The notes under the pieces: generated by a model
What the model was told of the DNA's origin: nothing
The model's database searches: none
What the model saw: only the letters and a program-made list of their open reading frames with translations
Source: an uncultured Gemmatimonadales bacterium
GTDB taxonomy: Bacteria; Gemmatimonadota; Gemmatimonadetes; Longimicrobiales; Longimicrobiaceae
NCBI GenBank assembly: GCA_963716255.1
Contig: OY970303.1
Coordinates: forward strand, 3,616,001 to 3,680,000
Direction: 5' to 3'
DNA: 64,000 nucleotides
Shown: positions 1-9,183 of the stretch, piece after piece
Layout: the number at the start of each line of letters is the position of its first letter
How positions within the stretch are numbered: the stretch's first letter is position 1
Made by a program: the position numbers and the translations under genes

Positions 1-333
1 CTCCTGCTTCCCCTGCTCGCCCTCCTGCTCGGGGGCGCGGCCGGCTGCTGCTGCGGCATCCCCACCGACGCCGCGCAGGCGGAGGAGGTCACGCTGTACG
101 TGGCCCCCTTCACCCGCGAGTGCAGGGGGATGGTGGTCATGCAGTGCATGCAGGTGAAGCAGCGCCCGCAGGACGACTGGCAGAACTTCTTCGGCGAGAT
201 CGAGGGGTTCACGTACGAGCCCGGCTACGCCTACCGGCTGCGCGTGCTCCGGCGCCCGGTCGCCGACCCGCCGGCCGACGGCTCCTCCGCCACCTGGCAC
301 CTGCTGGAGGTGCAGGAGAAGACGCCCGCGTAG
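1..333 (+). CDS. DUF4377-like domain lipoprotein (5'-truncated by window edge)
   Basis: Frame 1 is open from base 1 (LLLPLLALLLGGAAGCCCG..., lipoprotein-like signal) into VAPFTRECRG...CMQVK...W..F...IEGFTYEPGYAYRLRV...PPADGSS, the pattern I associate with DUF4377. Confidence 0.8.
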   Translation, partial: LLLPLLALLLGGAAGCCCGIPTDAAQAEEVTLYVAPFTRECRGMVVMQCMQVKQRPQDDWQNFFGEIEGFTYEPGYAYRLRVLRRPVADPPADGSSATWHLLEVQEKTPA

Positions 334-595
334 GCCCCGGGAGGGCAGCCCTCCTGCGCCCTGTCAGAACGAGGTCGCGGCCACCGCCGGGGCCTCGTCT
401 TTCTTCCCGCGCATCCAGGAGTCGGCCGCTTCCCCACGCGACGGTCCAGAACTCCCCTACACGCCCCGGTGCTCCCCGGGTGTAAGCTCCATGACCTCTG
501 CCAAGGCGCGGGCTGGCCGGGAGCACCAGCTCCCCTGCGCGCCGGAGCGCCGCCCCTGCCGCCCGCCCTGCCCGATCCCCCGAGAAAGGTGCGCC

Positions 596-1051
596 TTGTA
601 CACGCTCGTCCGCCGCTTCATCAAGACCGCCGTGGGGTTCCTCGCCGCGGGCGTGGCGCTGGGGGTGTGGATGCTGGTGCGGCGGGAGCTGTGGCGCGAG
701 TGGCCGCACCCGTACCTGGTCTCCGCCCACGCGCACGCCCTGCTGATGGGCTTCGTCATGTTCCTGATCCTGGGGGTGGCGCTCTGGCTCTTCCCGCGAG
801 CGGTCAAGGACGACGCGCGCTATAGCCCCGCCGGGGTGGAGGCCGCGTACTGGCTCCTCCTGGCGTCCACCCTGGCGCGCTTCCTGGGCGAGGCGGCTCG
901 CGCGTGGGCGGACCGGCCGTGGCTGGCGTGGGCGGTGGTCGCCGGCGGGGTGGGGCAGGCGGTGGGGCTGGGGCTGTACTTCTGGACCATGTGGACTCGG
1001 ATCCGCCCGGTGGGGAGCCGCCTCCGCGAGGCCCGGGGGGAGAGCTTCTGA
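596..1051 (+). CDS. Four-TM membrane protein (AHAH motif; heme-copper oxidase subunit I / NnrS-like fragment family)
   Basis: Probable TTG start at 596 (MYTLVRRFIKTA...), four hydrophobic helices, SAHAHALLMGF...ILGVALWLFPR motif. Confidence 0.6.
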   Translation: MYTLVRRFIKTAVGFLAAGVALGVWMLVRRELWREWPHPYLVSAHAHALLMGFVMFLILGVALWLFPRAVKDDARYSPAGVEAAYWLLLASTLARFLGEAARAWADRPWLAWAVVAGGVGQAVGLGLYFWTMWTRIRPVGSRLREARGESF

Positions 1052-1373
1052 CACCGCCGGCCACACCGTCCCGGAGATGCGGCGGTGTTCGCGCCCGGGG
1101 AGACGCACGCCATGGACGCGCCGGATGCGCCGCCGCTTCCTCGCGGTGATCGCGCCGCGCCCGCCGTGAGCACGGTGGACCGGCCCCGGTTCCATACGTT
1201 TCCAACCCACAATCTGGCAATCGCGTTGCCGCGCCCGCTCTTGCCGGGCATGTACTCAATGTTTCGACCGGCTTCCGGGGCCGGCGGACGCATATTTCCC
1301 TGGTGCGGCCTCACTCTCCGCGCATATACTTCGGGCCAGGTGTGCACTCCGTCCCCTTCGGCCCGCTCTTGCC

Positions 1374-2639
1374 ATGCCACATCCCCGGCCGCTTCTCCTC
1401 CCGGTTCCGCCGGAGCCCTTTCCCGGCTGGACCAACGTCCAGGAGGTTCCCGGCGAGTTGGGCGGGATGCTCCTCCGATTCTACCGGAGCGTGCTGCTGT
1501 GGGCGGAGACCCCCGGCGCCGAGCGCGGGACCCTCTTCGGCGGCGGGCGCGCGGACGGCCTGGACTCACCGCCCGACGGCGTCCCTCTCGCGGAGGCGTT
1601 CCGGGACCTGCGCGCGGTGCGGACCGAGCCGGGCCAGGTGCGGCCCGCCGCCGTGAGCCGGGCGTGCGACGCGGTCTCCGAGTGGGCGGAGGGCGAGGGG
1701 CACACGGGGACGGCGCTGGCGTGGGCGCGGGCGGCGGCGAGCGCATACCCGCCCAACGTGGCCGCGGCGCACCGGGTGGGGATCATGGCGCGGCAGCGGG
1801 CGGACTACGCGACCGCCGAGGCCTGGCTCCAGCACGCGGGGGCGATGTCCCGGCGGCACGGGGACTGGTACGGCTTCGCGCTTTCGCTCAACGGCCTGGG
1901 CAACCTGCACCGCATCCGGGGTGAGTTCGCGCTTGCGCGCGGTCACCTGGTGAAAGCGCTCTTTGCGGCGCGGCGCCCTCGCGGCCGGGTGGAGGGCGGA
2001 CGCAAGCAGCTCCGGCACCTGGAGGGCGAGATCCTGCACGATCTGATGACGGTGGCGGTCTACACGAGCGACTACGTAGGGGCCGAGCGATTCGCGGCGG
2101 ATGCGTACGAGCGGATGCGCACGGGACACTGCAGACTCCCGGTGCTGGCGCACGATGTGGCCGGACTTTGGATGGAGCGGGGGTACTTCGGGCGGGCACT
2201 TCAGGTGTTCGAGGCGGTGCTTCCCTTCATCCGCGACTCGCAGGCACGCCTGCTCGTCTGCTGCAACCTCGTGCGATGCGCGGGTGCCGAGAGGAGAGCG
2301 GACATCTACACCCGTTCCGCTGCGGACGTGTGGGCTCTTCTCCGGGAGGCGGGGGTCGGCTCCGTCCGATCCGGAGTTTTCACCAACCTGGCGCGGGGCG
2401 CGGCTGGACTGCGGCTATGGGAGGACGCCGAGCGCGCGGCGGTGCTCGCGACGGAAGCGGCTGTAGCCCGACAGGAGGCGGATCAGATGGTGGCTCTCCC
2501 CCCTCTCCTGGAGTCGATCCGTCTCCACCGCTACGCGGATGCGCCCCCCGAGCCCACGAGCGCGTTGGAAGAACGAACCTCCCGCTCGCTGGCGGTGGGA
2601 CTCGTCGAGGCCTTGACGGCGCTGCGGGCCGGGGAGTGA
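1374..2639 (+). CDS. Tetratricopeptide-repeat protein
   Basis: 421-aa ORF with TPR-like helices (VGIMARQRADYATAEAW, SLNGLGNLHRIRGEFALA, AHDVAGLWMERGYFGRAL); no signal peptide. Confidence 0.8.
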   Translation: MPHPRPLLLPVPPEPFPGWTNVQEVPGELGGMLLRFYRSVLLWAETPGAERGTLFGGGRADGLDSPPDGVPLAEAFRDLRAVRTEPGQVRPAAVSRACDAVSEWAEGEGHTGTALAWARAAASAYPPNVAAAHRVGIMARQRADYATAEAWLQHAGAMSRRHGDWYGFALSLNGLGNLHRIRGEFALARGHLVKALFAARRPRGRVEGGRKQLRHLEGEILHDLMTVAVYTSDYVGAERFAADAYERMRTGHCRLPVLAHDVAGLWMERGYFGRALQVFEAVLPFIRDSQARLLVCCNLVRCAGAERRADIYTRSAADVWALLREAGVGSVRSGVFTNLARGAAGLRLWEDAERAAVLATEAAVARQEADQMVALPPLLESIRLHRYADAPPEPTSALEERTSRSLAVGLVEALTALRAGE

Positions 2640-2663
2640 GCCCGCACCCGCAGCCGTCCAGGC

Positions 2664-2840
2664 TCAGTTTCCGGAGCCGATCAACGTGCCCTCGCGAGCC
2701 AGCGTGGTGGTGGTGTCGGCAGCGAACAGAGCGCGCGTGTTCGGCTCGCGCGGATCGACGGGTGCAGTCGGCGCCGCGGGCTGGCAGGCTGCCAGCAGGG
2801 AGAGGGCGAGGGCGGCAAGGGGCAGGCGGATGCGGTCCAT
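2664..2840 (-). CDS. Small secreted lipoprotein-like peptide, 58 aa (MDRIRLPLAALALSLLAACQPAAPTAPVDPREPNTRALFAADTTTTLAREGTLIGSGN)
   Basis: Translated by hand (below the ORF-track cutoff): AGGAG RBS 6 nt before ATG at 2840, basic N-region, hydrophobic core, LAAC lipobox, TGA at 2666-2664; a paralog lies immediately upstream. Confidence 0.75.
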   Translation of the reverse strand: MDRIRLPLAALALSLLAACQPAAPTAPVDPREPNTRALFAADTTTTLAREGTLIGSGN

Positions 2841-3054
2841 GGATGTCTCCTAGGTTTTGGCGGGCACCGGAAGTGGTGTGATGGTGGGCCACAACATAGG
2901 GAATGCCATCGTCTTTAACCAGATACTTCCTTCTTCTGTATGGTCGGTTTACGCCGCAGTTTTGGAAATTGCCAACTCCTGTAACCAGATAGAAACGCGC
3001 CAGAAGAATCCGCAATTCCGCGCTGGGGTGGCCTGATCGAATCAGGATAGATAA

Positions 3055-3084
3055 TGCGGGCCGGGGAGTGATCCCCGGCCCGCA
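3055..3084. terminator. Perfect 13-bp hairpin downstream of peptide copy 2; imperfect homolog at ~2622-2653 overlapping the TPR stop codon
   Basis: TGCGGGCCGGGGA-gtga-TCCCCGGCCCGCA. Confidence 0.6.
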
Positions 3085-3089
3085 GCCGT

Positions 3090-3269
3090 TTATCTCACTT
3101 TCCGGAGCCGTATCACTGCCCCCCCACGCTCCGCGGCCGTGAGCGAGTCACCGCCGACGACTGCTGATGAACTCGACTGCCGTGGAGCCGCAGGTGTGGT
3201 CGGCACTGACTCGCACGCGGCCAGCAGGGAGGGCGCGAGGGCGGCCACAGGCAGGCGGATGCGGCGCAT
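3090..3269 (-). pseudogene. Paralog of the 2664-2840 peptide with a frameshifted C-terminus (MRRIRLPVAALAPSLLAACESVPTTPAAPRQSSSSAVVGGDSLTAAERGG-AVIRLRKVR)
   Basis: Same signal peptide and LAAC lipobox; the homologous tail TAC GGC TCC GGA AAG TGA (YGSGK*) is present but out of frame after a G7 run at 3119-3125. Confidence 0.55.
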
Positions 3270-3549
3270 GGGCGGCTGTTGGGTCGGGTGGACACCGGGA
3301 GAAGGGATGGCGTCAGGCCCATGATAGGTGTGGGCACGGAGCTCAACCAGATAAGTCCCCGTTGTAACTGGTTGGCTCGCACCGTCGTTCTGTGACTCCC
3401 TGACGCTCCCGGCACTTGGCGGATCGTCGATTTCCCGCCGCGTTCCCCGAACGCGTATTTGCCGACGAAACCGGGTCTTGAGGCGAACGCATCGAGCGTC
3501 GCACCTTGGTGTTGCCAGAAGGTGACTTCATCGACGCGGAAAGGTCCGG

Positions 3550-4206
3550 ATGTCCGACTTGACCGAGCGCCCGTCCCGCCACCCGTCCGGAGCAGCGACC
3601 GAGCTGATCGTGCCGTTCAACGGAGCGGGGGAGGCCGCGGAGCGGGCGCGCCCCAGGACCGAGCGGGCCGCCGCCCTGCTCCGGCCCGACGCGGGGGAGC
3701 CGGCCGCGACCCTCTACACGAGCCAGTGGCTGGAGGCGCGGGAGTGCGCGGACCGGCTCCGGCGCACCGAGGCCGGGCGCCGCTTCGCGCGCCTGCTGGA
3801 CCACCACGAGCGGGGCTGGGCGCTGGTGCGTCCGCTGGCGCTCGCGGCCGAGGAGGCGAGGAGGTGGACCACGGGATCCGACGCCGCGTCCGCGCTGTAC
3901 CGCTTCGCCGAGGTGGACATCGTGGACCTGTACCGCCACAATGCCTTCCGGTGCGCGGACATGGTGCTCGCCCCCCGCGGCGGGGACGACTTCCCGTCCG
4001 CCGACGACGTCGACGCCGAGACGGACGCCTTCTACCGGTACGTGCAGCTGCTGCGGCTGGCTTCCGCGCACCCGCTCGCGCCGCCGGAGTTCCGGGTGTT
4101 CGCCGACCACCTGGCCGCGCTGGACGCCTGGTACGCCGAGTTCGCCGGCATCTTCGCGCCCGCGGCGGAGGCCTTCCACCGGCGCCACGCGGGGCAGGGC
4201 GCGTAG
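3550..4206 (+). CDS. Hypothetical protein
   Basis: 218-aa ORF with host-like GC3 codon usage, AAGG upstream; no family recognised. Confidence 0.65.
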   Translation: MSDLTERPSRHPSGAATELIVPFNGAGEAAERARPRTERAAALLRPDAGEPAATLYTSQWLEARECADRLRRTEAGRRFARLLDHHERGWALVRPLALAAEEARRWTTGSDAASALYRFAEVDIVDLYRHNAFRCADMVLAPRGGDDFPSADDVDAETDAFYRYVQLLRLASAHPLAPPEFRVFADHLAALDAWYAEFAGIFAPAAEAFHRRHAGQGA

Positions 4207-4230
4207 CGGGGCGCCCGCCGCCGGGCCGGC

Positions 4231-4884
4231 TCAGCCGAACGCCGCGGCGATCCGCTCCAGCGCCGCGCGCCAGCGGCCGCGCATCGCCTCGCGGGCCTCG
4301 GCGTCGGGGAGCTTCTCCAGGTGCGCGCCCACCACGGTCCTGCCGGACCCCGATCCGGTGAGCGTGAGCTGGAGCGTCGCCGGCGTGGGCCAGCCCTCCG
4401 GCTGCCAGGTCATGCGCAGGCGCGCCCGGGGCTTCACCACCCGGATCTCGCCGCTCGCGCCGGGCGCGCCCTGGCCCGCGGGCACCCGGTACCGCTCGCC
4501 CACCGCGAAGTCGACCTCCGCGCCCTCCCCCAGCCACAGCTCCGGGCGCGTGGTGACGAGCTCCCACGCCTCCGCCACAGTCGCCGCGACGCTCCGCTGC
4601 ACGCCCACCTGGAAGCCGGCGCCCGCGGTCTGGCCCACGGCCCGCTTTCCGCGGGCCCGCTCGTACTCCACCGTGATCGACTGCTGCCACCAGCCGGAGA
4701 CCGCGGGGTGCCCGCGCCGGATGACGGCGACGATCTCCCCGTGGGGCAGGTCGGCGGCCCCCGCGGCGTCGAGCACCGCGTACCACTCGTCCCAGCCGCG
4801 GCCGGTCGCCTCGAGCACCGCCGCCGCGGAGACCCGGCCCCCGGCCGGCGCCCCTTTGTCGTTGGTCGTGGTGTCCATCTCCAT
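4231..4884 (-). CDS. SRPBCC/AHSA1-like domain protein
   Basis: ATGRGWDEW..LD...WWQQSITVEYER N-domain followed by an SRPBCC-like domain (EAWELVT, RLRMTW, MRGRWRAALERI). Confidence 0.8.
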   Translation of the reverse strand: MEMDTTTNDKGAPAGGRVSAAAVLEATGRGWDEWYAVLDAAGAADLPHGEIVAVIRRGHPAVSGWWQQSITVEYERARGKRAVGQTAGAGFQVGVQRSVAATVAEAWELVTTRPELWLGEGAEVDFAVGERYRVPAGQGAPGASGEIRVVKPRARLRMTWQPEGWPTPATLQLTLTGSGSGRTVVGAHLEKLPDAEAREAMRGRWRAALERIAAAFG

Positions 4885-5256
4885 CCTCCCTGGACGGGTA
4901 GCGGGTCAGTCTGATCATCACGATCAGCGCTCGGACGTGTAGATCTCGCCGGGGCCTGCCCTGCACGCAAGCCAGGCCGTCGTGAGTTCTCGCTTCCGCC
5001 CCTTTCTGCGCCGGCGTCCCCGCCCTCGTACCGCGGCGGGCGGCCCGCGGCGAGGCGGAGGAGCCTCGACGGGACGATCGGCGCGCGTGGGGAGTTGGCG
5101 GGCGGGCCGTGTCGGTCTCCGCCCGACAGCGGCGCGGCGCCCGGGGCCGTAGATTGGGGACGGGTCCACGCGGACCCGGCGCGGCCACCCCGCGGCCGCG
5201 CCCACTCACCCGGACCGCGGGCACCCCGCTCCGTCGCGGGACCGCACGGAGGGCGC

Positions 5257-6186
5257 ATGATCCCCAGTCCCATCCGCTCCATCCTGGTCGCCACCGACCT
5301 GTCCGATGCGTCGGACGTGGTGCTCCGCGCCGCGGGCGCGCTGGCGGCGCGCACGGGCGCCGAGCTGCACGTGATGCATGCCATCGACCTCCCTCCCGCC
5401 CCCTACGCCGGCAAGGCCCCGCTGCTCTCTCCCACCTTCGAGGGGAGGCTGCGCCAGGCGGAGACCGCGCTGGACGAGCAGATCCGGCGCACGGTGCCGG
5501 ATGCGGTGAGGGTGGCCAGCCGGGCCATGGAGGTCTTCGTGGCGCACCGCGCCATCGTGGAGCGTGCGGCGGCGGTGTCGGCGGACCTGGTGGTGCTGGG
5601 GCCGCACCGCAGGCGCTCCGCGCCCGCCGAGTTCCTGGGGAGCACCGCGGACCGCGTGGTCCGCACCGCCCCGGTGCCCTGCCTGGTGGTGCGCGAGCAC
5701 CTCGCCCTCCCGCTGCGCCGGGTGGTGGTCCCCTTCGACCTGTCGGAGCCGTCGCGGGCGGCGCTGGAGGTGGCGCTGGCTTGGGGCGCGGCGGTCGCGG
5801 GGCCGCCGGACGGAGGGGGCACGGTGCTGGAGCTGAGGGTGGTGCACGTGATCCCCCCGCTCTTCGTCCACGACCTTCCCTCCGGCCGCGCCGTCGTCGG
5901 CCCCGAGCTGCACCGCCAGGTGGAGGAGGCGCTCGTCCGCAGCGGGCGCGTCGCCGACGTCCTGGTGCGGGAGGACCTGCTGTGGGGCGAAGGGCCGGCG
6001 GAGGAGATCACCGGGTACGCCGGCCGGGAGCGCGCCGACCTGGTCGTGCTTGCCACGCACGGGCACGGGGCCGTGAAGCGCGCGCTCCTGGGGAGCGTGG
6101 CCTCGGGCGTGGCGCGCCGCGCGCCCTGCTCGGTGCTCCTGGTGCCGCCGGCCTTCTGGAGGGCGCTCCCCGCCGACGGCGAGTAG
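5257..6186 (+). CDS. Universal stress protein (tandem USP domains)
   Basis: ILVATDLS...ADLVVLG...LGSTADRVVRTAPVPCLVV and second domain ADLVVLATHG...LLGSVASGVARRAPCSVLLV; GGAGG RBS. Confidence 0.92.
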   Translation: MIPSPIRSILVATDLSDASDVVLRAAGALAARTGAELHVMHAIDLPPAPYAGKAPLLSPTFEGRLRQAETALDEQIRRTVPDAVRVASRAMEVFVAHRAIVERAAAVSADLVVLGPHRRRSAPAEFLGSTADRVVRTAPVPCLVVREHLALPLRRVVVPFDLSEPSRAALEVALAWGAAVAGPPDGGGTVLELRVVHVIPPLFVHDLPSGRAVVGPELHRQVEEALVRSGRVADVLVREDLLWGEGPAEEITGYAGRERADLVVLATHGHGAVKRALLGSVASGVARRAPCSVLLVPPAFWRALPADGE

Positions 6187-6302
6187 GAGGTCCGCGCCCG
6201 CTCGCTCCCGGCTTGCGGAGCGGCCCGGGGCGGCGCAGCTTGGCCCGGACCCCGTGCCGCCCCTCGCGCGACGCGGCGCCCCATCCCACCGACCACTCCG
6301 CC

Positions 6303-6734
6303 ATGGACCCGGAAGCCTCCGGAAGCGAATCACCCCGGCGCGGAGCGGCTGCGGGCGACGTCGAATCGTTCCTCGCGGCGCTCCAGCACCCGTTCAGGCG
6401 GGAGATTCTCGCCGTACGGGAGCTGATCCTCGGTGCCGATCCCGGCATCGGGGAGGGGATCAAGTGGAACGCGCCGAGCTTCCGCACGTCCGAGTGGTTC
6501 GCGACCTTCCACCTCCGCGCCCGGGACGGCGTGCAGGTGATCCTGCACCTGGGCGCGAAGAAGCGGGAAGGCGCGGCCGGCGTCGCGGCCGTCGAGGACC
6601 CGGAAGGGTTGCTCCGGTGGCTCGCCGCGGACCGGGCGACGGTGAAGTTCGCCGACCTGGCGGAGGTGGAGGCGAGGGGACCCGCCTTCGCCGCCGTGGT
6701 CCGCGGGTGGGTCGGCCACGTGGACGCGCGCTGA
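6303..6734 (+). CDS. DUF1801 (YdhG-like) domain protein
   Basis: DVESFLAALQHPFRREILAVRELILGADPGIGEGIKWNAPSF motif. Confidence 0.85.
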   Translation: MDPEASGSESPRRGAAAGDVESFLAALQHPFRREILAVRELILGADPGIGEGIKWNAPSFRTSEWFATFHLRARDGVQVILHLGAKKREGAAGVAAVEDPEGLLRWLAADRATVKFADLAEVEARGPAFAAVVRGWVGHVDAR

Positions 6735-6741
6735 GGCCGGG

Positions 6742-7440
6742 ATGACCGGGCCCGCCGGCCGGATCCGGGCGGACTTCGACCGGATCGCCGCCCTGGAGGA
6801 GGGCGGCTGGGACCACAACGCGCACTACCATCCCTTCCTGCTGCGGCACGTGCCACCCGGCTGCCGGGCGGCGCTGGAGGTCGGGTGCGGCTCGGGTGCC
6901 TTCGCCCGGCTGCTGGCGGGGCGCGCCGCCACGGTGCTCGGCGTGGACCTGTCGCCCGAGATGGTCCGCCTCGCCCGCGGGAGACTCGCCGCGTGTCCCG
7001 GCGTGGAGGTGCGGGTCGCCGACTTCGCGGACGTGGAGCTGCCCGGCGGGTCCTTCGACTGCGTCGCTTCCATCGCCACGCTCCACCACCTGCCGCTGCG
7101 GAGCACGCTGGCGAGGATGGCCGGCCTCCTCCGGCCGGGCGGGGTCCTCCTGGTGCTCGACCTGTTCCGCCCGGCCACCCTCGCAGACCGGCTCTGCGGC
7201 GCGGCGGCGCTCCCCGTGAGCCTGGGCCTCGGCCTGGCCCGGCGGGGGCGGCTGCGCCCGCCGCGCGAGGTGCGGGAGGCCTGGCGCGAGCACGCCCGCG
7301 GGGACGTGTATCCCACGCTCGCGGAGGTGCGCGGGGCGGTCGCGGAGCTGCTTCCCGGCGCCCGGGTCCGGCGGCACCTCCTCTGGCGCTACTCGCTGGT
7401 CTGGACCCGGCCCGCGGAGCCCGCGCCCCCCGGCGGCTGA
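6742..7440 (+). CDS. Class I SAM-dependent methyltransferase
   Basis: ALEVGCGSG motif I, GVDLSPEM, FDCVASIATLHH, LRPGGVL. Confidence 0.9.
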   Translation: MTGPAGRIRADFDRIAALEEGGWDHNAHYHPFLLRHVPPGCRAALEVGCGSGAFARLLAGRAATVLGVDLSPEMVRLARGRLAACPGVEVRVADFADVELPGGSFDCVASIATLHHLPLRSTLARMAGLLRPGGVLLVLDLFRPATLADRLCGAAALPVSLGLGLARRGRLRPPREVREAWREHARGDVYPTLAEVRGAVAELLPGARVRRHLLWRYSLVWTRPAEPAPPGG

Positions 7441-7451
7441 CGACGGCGCCG

Positions 7452-7676
7452 CTACGGCCGGTCGTCCTCCCCCAGGGCGCGGTCCACGGCCTCCGGCACG
7501 TCCCCGTGCTCCATCTCGTGCAGGTCCTTCTGGTTGCGCCCCAGGACCGCGACGGTCGCGCCGACCGCCGCGACGAGGACCCCGACGGCCACCCCCACCG
7601 CCTTCCCCCAGGCGAGACCGGCTCCCACTCCGCAGAGCACGCCGATCCCGATCGCCACCAGCAGCTGCCTTGCCAT
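7452..7676 (-). CDS. Small membrane protein (74 aa)
   Basis: GGAGGT RBS, MARQLLVAIGIGVLCG..., two hydrophobic helices. Confidence 0.65.
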   Translation of the reverse strand: MARQLLVAIGIGVLCGVGAGLAWGKAVGVAVGVLVAAVGATVAVLGRNQKDLHEMEHGDVPEAVDRALGEDDRP

Positions 7677-7678
7677 CG

Positions 7679-8188
7679 TCACCTCCGGTTGGCGTCCTCC
7701 GGTCTGACCGCACGGTCGGGGCCAGCCGCGCTCCGGCGGCGGAGCGCCGCCCGGCTCTCGCGCGGCCGCGGTTCGTCGCCCGGCGCCCACGCCTGGCCGA
7801 TCCGCCCCGGATCCGTGCGTCGGGAAGGGGGGAGGAGGCTCCGCCAGGAGCCCAGCGCCAGCCGGTGGAAGCTGCCCAGGAGCAGCGCCCCGGCGGCGGT
7901 CTGCGCCAGGAGCAGCGGGGCGCTGGTCTCTGCCCGGACCGCGCCGGAAAGGAGCCCGGCGACCGCGCCCGCCGCGGCGAACGCCCTCCAGGGGAGGAGC
8001 CGGGTACTGCGCCGCCCGGCGGCCAGGAGCACGGCGGCGTACCCCGCAGCTGCCGTGGCGACGCGCAGCACCTTGGGCCAGTTCCCGTCGGAAGCGAGCC
8101 CGGCCAGGCCCAGGGCGACCACGGCGCCCAGGAGCAGCAGGCTCCCGTACAGGTCGCGCCGTGCGCGGGGCAGCGTGGAAAATGTCAT
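7679..8188 (-). CDS. Hypothetical membrane protein
   Basis: MTFSTLP... with about four hydrophobic segments; co-oriented with neighbours. Confidence 0.5.
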   Translation of the reverse strand: MTFSTLPRARRDLYGSLLLLGAVVALGLAGLASDGNWPKVLRVATAAAGYAAVLLAAGRRSTRLLPWRAFAAAGAVAGLLSGAVRAETSAPLLLAQTAAGALLLGSFHRLALGSWRSLLPPSRRTDPGRIGQAWAPGDEPRPRESRAALRRRSAAGPDRAVRPEDANRR

Positions 8189-8252
8189 GCGCGGCTCGGG
8201 AAACGGAGATGTCTCTGGCAGGAGCACGGGCGCGGCGGCCCGGCTCCCGGAG

Positions 8253-8843
8253 TCACGAAGCCGCCGGCCCGGCGCCGATCACCTTCTCGATGCGGCGGTC
8301 CGGGACGAGCCACAGGACGGCGACCAGCACGTAGAGCGCGCACGCGGCCCAGGGCCGGACGAACGCCAGCGGGATGGCCAGCAGGTAGATCCCCACCGAC
8401 GCCTTGCCCTTGACGTCGCGGCCGAGCGCGGCCGCGACGACCGAGTCGTGCCCGTCTGCCGCGATGAGCGCCTGGGCCAGGATGAAATAGGCGACCCCCG
8501 CGCAGCACAGGACGAGCCCGTACACGGCCACCGGCCACGTCGCGAAGTGGTTCTCGCCCATCCACGCCGTGCCGAACGGGATCAGCGACAGCCAGAACAG
8601 CAGGTGCAGGTTGGCCCACAGCACGCGCCCGTCCACGTGCCTGGCCGCGTTCAGCAGGTGGTGGTGGTTGTTCCAGTAGATGCCGACGTTGATGAAGCTG
8701 AGCACGTAGCTGAGGAACACGGGGACCAGCGCCCGGAGCGCGGCCACGTCGGCGTGGTGCGGTGCCGCGAGCTCCAGGACCATGATGGTGATGATGATGG
8801 CGATGACGCCGTCGCTGAACGCTTCCATGCGGCCCTTGCTCAC
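8253..8843 (-). CDS. TMEM175 (DUF1211) family potassium channel
   Basis: RMEAFSDGVIAIIITIMVLEL, SYVLSF..VGIYWNNHHH signature; probable GTG start at 8843. Confidence 0.93.
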   Translation of the reverse strand: MSKGRMEAFSDGVIAIIITIMVLELAAPHHADVAALRALVPVFLSYVLSFINVGIYWNNHHHLLNAARHVDGRVLWANLHLLFWLSLIPFGTAWMGENHFATWPVAVYGLVLCCAGVAYFILAQALIAADGHDSVVAAALGRDVKGKASVGIYLLAIPLAFVRPWAACALYVLVAVLWLVPDRRIEKVIGAGPAAS

Positions 8844-9183
8844 GGACGCCTCCGGGTTGGACGAGGGGGGCTGCTGGACACCGGTGGAAGGAGCGCCGCG
8901 GGGTCTGGCTCTCGTCTCCCTCACAAAGGATATCGACGCTCCCGCCCGCGAGCCAGCCGATCCGGCCGTCTGCGTAGGCAGGCGCGCGTGGGAGATTCCC
9001 CCACGCCAGGTGTCTTACCCACCCGCACGCACCTTCCGCCGAGGCCGGACAGAGCCCGGCTCTCCGCGCAGGTAGCTTGTACGTCAGGGACCGGACGGGG
9101 CGCGGCGCACGGGCGCCGGCCCACCGGTCCCACGGACGCGGCGTGCGCCCGACACACCCACCCCACCACGGGGAGACGGACCC

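Noticed and set aside
3119..3125. G7 tract as a phase-variation switch for peptide copy 2
   Set aside because: A one-base contraction gives an in-frame TGA before YGSGK, so simple slippage would not restore the tail
4890..5250. Short ORFs between the SRPBCC and USP genes
   Set aside because: No credible start/RBS or motif; treated as divergent intergenic sequence
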